NCBI GenBank assembly: GCA_964478625.1
Contig: CAYZJH010000001.1
Span: forward strand, 140,588-204,587
From: an uncultured Desulfobacteraceae bacterium
GTDB taxonomy: Bacteria > Desulfobacterota > Desulfobacteria > Desulfobacterales > SKZT01
DNA length: 64,000 nt
Direction: 5' to 3'
Made by a program: the position numbers and the translations under genes. Of this stretch, positions 10,536-17,615 are shown in pieces. Below the pieces are notes generated by a model that worked only from the letters and a program-made list of their open reading frames with translations, made no database searches and was not told the origin of the DNA. Each line of letters begins with the position of its first letter. Positions within the stretch are counted from its first letter, which is position 1.

Positions 10536-10622
10536 TCTTTTTAAGTATATGAGCGGTGTTGTCTTAAACCGTGGCGACCAGAAATTACCTATTTGATTGG
10601 AATTCCTTTGATTTTAAAAGCC

Positions 10623-10677
10623 AAAAAGGCTTTGTTGCCATTTTAGTTTTAGTAAATCCGGCAAGCAAAGCCTTTTT
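10623..10677. terminator. Bidirectional rho-independent terminator between the convergent fabH-like gene and the rnf operon
   Basis: AAAAAGGCTTTGTTGCC, about 20 nt loop, GGCAAGCAAAGCCTTTTT. This is a 12-bp stem with one bulge, flanked by an A5 run on one side and a T5 run on the other. Confidence 0.6.
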
Positions 10678-10695
10678 AACAAATGTTTCTATACC

Positions 10696-12786
10696 CTACG
10701 CAGCTGCATCCTTGTTATAACAAATCCTGCAACAGGCCAGACATCGTTGAGCTTCCCGCAAAGCGTCATCTTCCTGAAGTACCAAATCGGCCTCATCAAA
10801 AGTTTTTATCCGTTCATAAACTGGTAACTCAGGCATTTCTGCGCGTTTCTTCTTTTCAACACCAGGAACTTTTTCAAACAGAGATTCCTGGATATGCTTT
10901 TTGAAAAGTGCAGTTTCAGGCGCTTTAACCTCTTCGCCCGATAAATACTGATGTATCGACCTGGCGGCTCTTCGCCCTCCCCCAATAGCTTCAACTACAA
11001 GGGAGGCACCGGTAGCAGCATCTCCTGCAGTGAAAATATAGGGAATGTTTGTCTGAAGTGTGATCGGATCAACCGCATCAATCGTACTCCAGCGGGTAAT
11101 GGAAAGTTCCTGAATTCTTTTTGTGTCAGCATTAATGAAAGAGACATCCGGACCTTGTCCGATGGCTGTTATCAGCATATCGCATTCCATAAGGGTTTCA
11201 GAGCCTTCCACAGGTACAGGTCGCCTTCTGCCGCTGGCATCTGGTTCTCCCAGTTCCATTTTTAAATATTCGAGGTGGGTCACATGCCCGTTTTCATCTC
11301 CGATAACTCTGGTGGGGGCTGCAAGAAATGTAAATTTTACGCCTTCATGTTCTGCTGCCACAATTTCAACCTCATTGGCAGGCATTTCTTTCCGGGTACG
11401 GCGGTAGACTATATTGACTTCTTCTGCTCCCAATCTTACCAGAGTTCTGACACAGTCGATGGCTGTATTTCCGCCCCCGATAACAATGCATTTTTTTCCA
11501 ATGGGAATTTGCTCATGGCTTTTTCCCTGCTGGGCCGTAGCAAATCGGGTCAGAAAATTAATGCCAGTATAGCATCCTTTGAGATCTTCACCCTCAACTT
11601 TCAAATTATAGTCTTTCCAGGCACCCACTCCGAGAAATATGGCATCATAGCCGGCAGCCACCAGAGACCCTATGGTAAAATCTTTTCCAAGTTTAACGTT
11701 GGTTTTGGAATTGATACCCAAATTGAGTATACCATCAATTTCCCATTTCAACACCTTTTTGGGCAAACGATATTCGGGTATTCCGTAACGGATCATACCT
11801 CCCAATTCAGGGTTGTCGTCAAAAATGGTCACCGAATGACCAAGCCTTCGAAGGAAAAACGCACACGTCAGACCCGCAGGGCCACCTCCAATAACAGCCA
11901 CTTTTTTTCCGGTATCCGGAGCAACCGATATGTGCAGTCTCTTTCCCGTATTCATTTCATAATCAGCAACAAAGCGTTTCAGCTGATTAATTGAAACTGC
12001 TTCATCCTCAATACCCCTCCGACAAAAGTCTTCACAGGGATGCGGGCATACTCTTCCACAGGATAAAAGCAAAGGATTTCTTTCTCTGATGGTGTGTACA
12101 GCCCCTTCGTAATCTCCTTCTCTGATCTGTGAAATATACCTTGGGATATCAATTTCGGCAGGGCAGGTCTGTTGGCACGGGCCAAGGGCATCCCCTTCCT
12201 TGTTGAGTTCAAGGAGCCGTTCCGACATGGTTCTGATTTTAATGATGCTTTTTGGGCATACTTTCTGGCATGCTCCACATCCGACACACTTTTCCTCAAT
12301 GACAACAGGGAATCCCTCCGCCCCCATTTCAATGGCATCAAAAGCACAAGCCCTAATACAGTCGCCCATTCCCAAACAACCAATGGAACAGACCCTTTTC
12401 CCATCGTATAAGGCTGCCATTGCACTGCAGCTTTTAACACCCATGTAGTAGAACTTGTCATCAGCCCTAAAGCCACCCGTACAAGTATTCATAGACCGAA
12501 GCGGCTCTGCAGTTCCGGGATCAAGTCCCATAACCGCTGCGACATTGGCGGCACCTTCGGGTCCTGCAACAATGCATACGCTCGGGGGAGCCTCACCTTT
12601 GACAACGGCAGCGGCAGCCTGTGAACACCCGGCATAGCCGCACCCACCACAATTTGCTCCGGCCATTTTGTCTTCAACTTCGGCAATTCTGGGATCTTCA
12701 TACACATAGAATGCCTTGCTGGCGGCGCTAAGAACGCTACCGCAAGATACCCCCAATCCCAACATAAATAGAACGGCTTCTATCAC
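10696..12786 (-). CDS. rnfB: RnfB (membrane anchor, Fe-S and 2x[4Fe-4S] ferredoxin domains) fused to a GltD/NfnB-type NAD(P)H-dependent FAD oxidoreductase module
   Basis: GTG start with AAGGAGG RBS, 696 aa. Residues about 1-190 are RnfB-like: TM helix, FYVYEDPRIAEVEDKMAGANCGGCGYAGC, CSIGCLGMGDCIRAC, CVGCGACQKVCP. Residues about 200-620 are GltD-like: CQQTCPAEIDIP...SCGRVCPHPCEDFC, KKVAVIGGGPAGL, GIPEYRLPK, KKCIVIGGGNTAIDC, IFTAGDA. The C-terminal tail carries RCLACCRIC. Confidence 0.85.
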   Translation of the reverse strand: MIEAVLFMLGLGVSCGSVLSAASKAFYVYEDPRIAEVEDKMAGANCGGCGYAGCSQAAAAVVKGEAPPSVCIVAGPEGAANVAAVMGLDPGTAEPLRSMNTCTGGFRADDKFYYMGVKSCSAMAALYDGKRVCSIGCLGMGDCIRACAFDAIEMGAEGFPVVIEEKCVGCGACQKVCPKSIIKIRTMSERLLELNKEGDALGPCQQTCPAEIDIPRYISQIREGDYEGAVHTIRERNPLLLSCGRVCPHPCEDFCRRGIEDEAVSINQLKRFVADYEMNTGKRLHISVAPDTGKKVAVIGGGPAGLTCAFFLRRLGHSVTIFDDNPELGGMIRYGIPEYRLPKKVLKWEIDGILNLGINSKTNVKLGKDFTIGSLVAAGYDAIFLGVGAWKDYNLKVEGEDLKGCYTGINFLTRFATAQQGKSHEQIPIGKKCIVIGGGNTAIDCVRTLVRLGAEEVNIVYRRTRKEMPANEVEIVAAEHEGVKFTFLAAPTRVIGDENGHVTHLEYLKMELGEPDASGRRRPVPVEGSETLMECDMLITAIGQGPDVSFINADTKRIQELSITRWSTIDAVDPITLQTNIPYIFTAGDAATGASLVVEAIGGGRRAARSIHQYLSGEEVKAPETALFKKHIQESLFEKVPGVEKKKRAEMPELPVYERIKTFDEADLVLQEDDALREAQRCLACCRICYNKDAAA

Positions 12787-12803
12787 AACGACCTCCTTAA
12801 AAA

Positions 12804-13379
12804 TTAAGCCATGCCTTTAAATGCGAAAAATGTCAGGGATAGTACACCCGCGGTCACAAGACCTATGGATGTGTCCTGAAGCGGTTTTGGAACTCTTCCA
12901 AGTATAACACGTTCCCGGACTCCTGCAAAGAGAATCAGTGCAAAGCCAAAACCTGTTGCATAGGACATTGCGGAAATCAGAGCCTGAATAAACCCGTATT
13001 CTTCATTGATATTGATCAGGCATACACCCAGTACCGCACAGTTGGTCGTGATTAGAGGGAGAAAAATTCCCAGACCTGCATACAATGCAGGGATGCTCTT
13101 TTTAAGAAACATTTCTACAAACTGGACCAGAGAGGCAATAACCAGAATAAACGCTATGGTTCTCAAATATTGCAAGCCGAATTTGGTCAAGAAGAAAGTA
13201 TTAACAACCCAGGTAATCATCCCGGCCATCGTCAAAACGAATACAACAGCAAATGCCATACCTATGGCAGTTTCCATTTTTTTGGTCGTTCCGAGGAAAG
13301 GACATGCACCTAAATATTGTCCCAGAATAATGTTGTTGATAAAGATACAGCTGATGATAAGGACAATGTAATCGCCCAT
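12804..13379 (-). CDS. rnfA: Rnf complex subunit A
   Basis: 191-aa polytopic membrane protein with typical RnfA/NqrE sequence (NNIILGQYLGACPFLG, LPLITTNCAVLG). Sits between rnfE and rnfB. Confidence 0.9.
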   Translation of the reverse strand: MGDYIVLIISCIFINNIILGQYLGACPFLGTTKKMETAIGMAFAVVFVLTMAGMITWVVNTFFLTKFGLQYLRTIAFILVIASLVQFVEMFLKKSIPALYAGLGIFLPLITTNCAVLGVCLININEEYGFIQALISAMSYATGFGFALILFAGVRERVILGRVPKPLQDTSIGLVTAGVLSLTFFAFKGMA

Positions 13380-13388
13380 GATACTCTC

Positions 13389-13982
13389 CTATTTTTTCCC
13401 AATGAAATTCATAACACAGAGCATAAGGCCAAGTCCGATAAATGCTCCGGGAGCTTCAACCATAAACGTAAACGGTTCGAAGGAAGGTCCGGTAACATCG
13501 ATTCCCAGTATCGTACCGTTGCCCAACAACTCTCTTACTGCGCCCAATGAACCCAGGGCTAACGTAAAACCGATACCAATACCAAGACCATCGGCTATTG
13601 AGGGTACGACACTTCTCTTAAATGCGAAAGCTTCGCTCCTCCCGAGCACGATACAGTTAACCACGATAAGCGGTATGAAAATACCCAGCGCGAGAAACAG
13701 CGGATAGGCAAATGCCTGCATCAGCAATTCCACTACTGTAACAAATGTAGCAATGATGACAATAAAACAGGCAATTCTGACTTTAGCAGGTATGATATTT
13801 CTCATCAAAGACACCAGGGTATTGGCGCAAACCAGCACGAAGGTGGTGGCAATACCCATACCGAGCCCATTTTCAACCGATTTGGTTACAGCAAGAGTGG
13901 GGCACAGACCCAGAACGAGCCTGAACGGTGGTATCTCTTCCCACAACCCTTTAACAAATTCCTGAGTTAATGTTTTAGCCAT
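13389..13982 (-). CDS. rnfE: Rnf complex subunit E
   Basis: 197 aa with RnfE/NqrD-like sequence (NPPFRLVLGLCPTLAVT-type motif PPFRLVLGLCPTLAVTKS, IPLIVVNCIVLGR). Confidence 0.9.
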   Translation of the reverse strand: MAKTLTQEFVKGLWEEIPPFRLVLGLCPTLAVTKSVENGLGMGIATTFVLVCANTLVSLMRNIIPAKVRIACFIVIIATFVTVVELLMQAFAYPLFLALGIFIPLIVVNCIVLGRSEAFAFKRSVVPSIADGLGIGIGFTLALGSLGAVRELLGNGTILGIDVTGPSFEPFTFMVEAPGAFIGLGLMLCVMNFIGKK

Positions 13983-14010
13983 ATTTCTCTCCCTGGAATA
14001 GTTATCGCCT

Positions 14011-14598
14011 TTAGAAGGTTTTTATTTTATCTAAAATCTGGTCCTTATTATCCATATATATTTTGGCGGCCTCATTTGCGGCATTGCACACAGCCCGAGA
14101 GGTAATCGTCGATCCGCTGATGGTGTTGATCGACCCGCCATCATTTGTGACCTTTATCGGACTGTCAATACTCTTGCCCTTAAACTGTGAAACAAAAGAG
14201 GGATCTTCTTTGGCTTTGGCTCCCATTCCGGGAGTTTCCGCGTGGGTGGTGACCGAAACACCATAGATCGTATCATTTTCCACATTAATCGCCACCATCA
14301 CCCCGACATCACCACCATACCCTTTTCCAAACCCTTCCAAAGCTACCGTTTTGGCCGTGCCATCGAACTTACCGATAAAAAAATCCATTTCGGTTTCACC
14401 AATGGCCATTTTAAATCGGTCGGCCACAGGGTCATTGGAAGTACCCACCAGAATTTCTTTAATGGCCGGACCTTTTACAAAATTAAGCTGTGCTACTTCT
14501 ATTCTCTCTTTGGTCCCGTTTCGGATTGCAGCCAGAAGACCACCGGAAAATGAAGCCAGCACTGTCAAGACAATAACCATTTTCATCATGTCACGCAT
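14011..14598 (-). CDS. rnfG: Rnf complex subunit G (FMN-binding)
   Basis: ORF track starts at 14640. The ATG at 14598 directly follows the rnfD stop and precedes the single TM helix (MKMVIVLTVLASF). FMN_bind-type domain with flavinylation-type motif ISGSTITS. Confidence 0.85.
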   Translation of the reverse strand: MRDMMKMVIVLTVLASFSGGLLAAIRNGTKERIEVAQLNFVKGPAIKEILVGTSNDPVADRFKMAIGETEMDFFIGKFDGTAKTVALEGFGKGYGGDVGVMVAINVENDTIYGVSVTTHAETPGMGAKAKEDPSFVSQFKGKSIDSPIKVTNDGGSINTISGSTITSRAVCNAANEAAKIYMDNKDQILDKIKTF

Positions 14599-14599
14599 A

Positions 14600-15559
14600 T
14601 CAATCCACCTTTCCAAGTGCTTTGGGTCTAATTCTTTCAAAAATCGGGCCCAGCAAATTTATGAGCAGAATCGCAAACAAAACACCATCCACATACGCTC
14701 CGATGTTTCGGATCAATACGGTCATAAATCCTCCTACCAGACCGTAAATCAGCATGGGAATAAAGTTGACAGGCGAAGACGAATCCTCAGGGGCCAAGAA
14801 AAAAGCACCAATGAGTGTGTATCCGGTAAGCAGATGGATCATGGGCCCGGCATATTGCTCAGGAGCAACAATATTGAAAATCAATGCGGTGATAAAAATA
14901 CCGGCGAGGAAAGACACAGAAATTTCCCATCTGATAATGCCTCTGATGATCAGGTAGATTCCACCGACAATAAGTCCGAACCCGAAGGTTGACCCTATGC
15001 CGCCGGTTTGTTTTGCCATGAGCAGATCACCCGGGGTAAATCCCTGGACACCTGAGACACCGAATGATTTCAGTGCGGTCAGCGGATAAATGGCATCAAA
15101 TCCAAAATCATAATTGACCAACGCGACATTAAAATCAAAATAATCTCTCCAACCGACGAAAAGAACCAGTGCACCAAGAACAACAGGATTAAAGGGATTG
15201 CTTCCGATGCCGCCGAATATTTGTTGTCCCACAATCACGGCAAAAAATGTACCAGTAATGACAAACCACCATGGAACAGTCGCCGGAAGTAGCATGGCAA
15301 AAATCAAACCAATAACGGCCGCGTTTCCATCTCCGATGGTTTTTTCACTTTTCCGAAGAACATTAATTGCCAGTTCCCACAAAATGGCTGACGACACTGA
15401 CAGGGCTACCACACCGACCGCCGGAATTCCATACTGGTAAAGCCCCATGAGCACAGCCGGCAATGCTGCCAGCAAAATGTTATAATTTCGACTGGGAACC
15501 CGACTGCCGTCATGAATAAATGGAGCATGTGAGACGATAAGTTTTTTCTGACTATACAT
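14600..15559 (-). CDS. rnfD: Rnf complex subunit D-like, apparently lacking the flavinylated Thr
   Basis: 319-aa polytopic protein. RnfD/NqrB hallmarks HAPFIH, GGIGSNPFNP, IRWEI, FFLAPE(D), YVDGVLFAILL. The expected [ST]xAT-PL site reads DAIYPLTALK. Confidence 0.85.
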   Translation of the reverse strand: MYSQKKLIVSHAPFIHDGSRVPSRNYNILLAALPAVLMGLYQYGIPAVGVVALSVSSAILWELAINVLRKSEKTIGDGNAAVIGLIFAMLLPATVPWWFVITGTFFAVIVGQQIFGGIGSNPFNPVVLGALVLFVGWRDYFDFNVALVNYDFGFDAIYPLTALKSFGVSGVQGFTPGDLLMAKQTGGIGSTFGFGLIVGGIYLIIRGIIRWEISVSFLAGIFITALIFNIVAPEQYAGPMIHLLTGYTLIGAFFLAPEDSSSPVNFIPMLIYGLVGGFMTVLIRNIGAYVDGVLFAILLINLLGPIFERIRPKALGKVD

Positions 15560-16826
15560 ACTCTGCCTCCGCTAATCTTATCCGATCGAGTTCATATTTC
15601 GCCAATCTAATATATTGAAAGATCGGAATCCTGGCTACACAAACAAAACTGCAAAGACCACAATCGATGCAGGAATTTAAATCATAATTGCTTTCCGCCT
15701 CTTCATAGTGACCTGGTTCCAAAAGCCGAACAAGCATGTTGACCTGCATTTTTGCCGGACAGATCCTGACACATTCTCCACAGTTAACACAGGGATAATC
15801 GGATACAAATGGAACATTGTCCTTGTCCTGAACCATGATCGCATTGGTCTCGGGAAGAATCGGATGATCTTCGGAATAAATCGCCGACCCGGTCAATGGT
15901 CCTCCAAAAATCACCTGATCCTGATCGTTAATCGTGATATCGCATGCTTTAAATACCTCAGCAACAGGCGTTCCGATTTTAACTGATATCAAAGCAGTGC
16001 TTCCATCTTTTTTAATCAGCGTCAGGATTTTATCCGCGGGAATTTTACCCGTGCTGATTGCAGTTCCGATTGAAGCTACCGCTTCTGCAGATATAAAACA
16101 GTATCCCAAATTCTCGGTTTTTTTGCCGGCCGGGACTACATTTCCAAACAAATTTTTAAGAATCATTTTAGGATTTGCAGCAGGATAACTGCTGCCGACT
16201 GTTTTTACCTCAATACCGGCTGCAGCGGCGACCGCCGCAAGCCTTTCGGGTGCCACCAATACGATCGAATTAATACCTGTAAACTTGCCAATAGCCGCAA
16301 TACCTGATTTGAGCGCCTTCAATCGAGATTGTACAACATACTGGTTTGTCGTAATCCATATATCTTCATCCATGCCGTTAACAACGATTGTGTGGATGTC
16401 GAATTCGGGGTTTTTGAAATTTTTAAGCGGGGGGCAACCCGGCACACATGACAGGTACTTGATCGCATTTTCCAGCGAGATTTCCTTGGCAATTTCGGAA
16501 AACTCCTCATCGAGCTCTTCCTCCTTTGCCGTATCCATCGTAATCGCGGTGTAGTTTCGGCCAAAATCCCCTGCCCAACCGGACAAGTCGGAGACTGTGC
16601 CGGTTACCGGGGAGGCTGCATATACATCTTTAGCGGTAGAAACCAATTGCCCGGTTTTTATCTGATCCCCCTTTTTCAGTTCGTCAATGCCTTTCTGCCC
16701 GGGGCTTGCCAGCAGCAATTTCACCCGGCTGGGCTTGGAAACTTCTACCAGGGCTGGATCTAAATCTGTAAGGACAGTATAATCAATCCGGGGCTTAACC
16801 AGACCAATGAAAGATTTTTTAATCAT
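15552..16826 (-). CDS. rnfC: RnfC-like subunit, with divergent NADH/FMN-site motifs and both 4Fe-4S motifs retained
   Basis: 424 aa. RnfC N-terminal barrel (SPVTGTVSDL), SLBB-like region, CVNCGECVRICP and CIDCGLCSFVCV. The positions of canonical GGAGFP and ECEPY read SCVPGCPPL and NGMDEDIW. Confidence 0.8.
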   Translation of the reverse strand: MIKKSFIGLVKPRIDYTVLTDLDPALVEVSKPSRVKLLLASPGQKGIDELKKGDQIKTGQLVSTAKDVYAASPVTGTVSDLSGWAGDFGRNYTAITMDTAKEEELDEEFSEIAKEISLENAIKYLSCVPGCPPLKNFKNPEFDIHTIVVNGMDEDIWITTNQYVVQSRLKALKSGIAAIGKFTGINSIVLVAPERLAAVAAAAGIEVKTVGSSYPAANPKMILKNLFGNVVPAGKKTENLGYCFISAEAVASIGTAISTGKIPADKILTLIKKDGSTALISVKIGTPVAEVFKACDITINDQDQVIFGGPLTGSAIYSEDHPILPETNAIMVQDKDNVPFVSDYPCVNCGECVRICPAKMQVNMLVRLLEPGHYEEAESNYDLNSCIDCGLCSFVCVARIPIFQYIRLAKYELDRIRLAEAEYV

Positions 16827-16889
16827 AGCCTAACCTTTTTGTTGTTTCGCCGAATCAGGTTAAAAGTCTTAAAATCTGAAGTCCAAAGA

Positions 16890-17384
16890 TTATTTCAGAT
16901 GGCATCCACTACAATCCTGAGGACCGGCTTCGTTTTCCGTATGGCATCCGATGCACTGTCCATGAAACGCATCTGTCTGCATCATTGCCGACATTTCATC
17001 CACGTTATCGTGACAATCGTGGCAACTCTCTGCTGCATAATAGCGTATGCCATTTTTAGTCTCGACTTCGAGCCCTTCATGATCTTCATACTCGTGACAG
17101 CTCAAGCAGGATTCTGCAAATCCTCCTTCCACATTGATGTGACATTCTGCACAAGATGATGTTTCTCCACCATGATGGTGGCAACTATAGCAATCTATGC
17201 TGTAACCGGCTTCTGACATGTGGGTTTTGTGCGTAAACAAAACATTTCCCGCCACACCTTCATACGCAATCCTCAAGGGTTCATCAGGTGCCTTGGCGGA
17301 AAAAGCCGTATAGCTTATCACACCCACAAGGAACAGAATGATTGCCACACCATAGGCCATCTGTAGTTCTTTTTTTGAAGTCAT
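16890..17384 (-). CDS. Small membrane-anchored or secreted hexaheme cytochrome c, first gene of the rnf operon
   Basis: 164 aa. N-terminal hydrophobic signal or anchor (AIILFLVGVISYTAFSAKA). Six CxxCH motifs: CYSCH, CAECH, CLSCH, CHDCH, CIGCH, CSGCH. Confidence 0.85.
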   Translation of the reverse strand: MTSKKELQMAYGVAIILFLVGVISYTAFSAKAPDEPLRIAYEGVAGNVLFTHKTHMSEAGYSIDCYSCHHHGGETSSCAECHINVEGGFAESCLSCHEYEDHEGLEVETKNGIRYYAAESCHDCHDNVDEMSAMMQTDAFHGQCIGCHTENEAGPQDCSGCHLK

Positions 17385-17615
17385 TTTTAACGAATTCCTT
17401 TCAGTAGACGATCATTAAAAAAGTGGGCGCTCCAAAAATTAAAGGAGTGACTTAGCATAATGGTTTATTGCTTGCAAGTTTTTTTTTCAGGATTGTTTTG
17501 GGAGCTCTTTTGGAATAGGGGTCTGGAAGTTGCCCTTTTTATCAAGGGCAAAGGCTTTTTGTTCTTAACCGAAAATCGGATTTATCCGGCTCTTCACGTA
17601 GACCATTCGGCGATG

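Noticed and set aside
11275-11994. 239-aa plus-strand ORF. Similar long antisense ORFs occur at 14351-14992, 27553-28023, 949-1389, 18265-18726 and 35118-35489.
   Set aside because: All lie entirely inside well-supported genes on the opposite strand and have odd, low-complexity or Ser/Pro/Arg-rich translations with no recognisable motifs. They are typical shadow ORFs.
17529-17555. Hairpin TTGCCCTT-tttatc-AAGGGCAA between the radical SAM gene and the cytochrome gene, as a possible terminator.
   Set aside because: The T-tract lies on the plus strand while both flanking genes are on the minus strand, where the stem is followed by CTTCCAGACC. It is not called, although it may still pause transcription.
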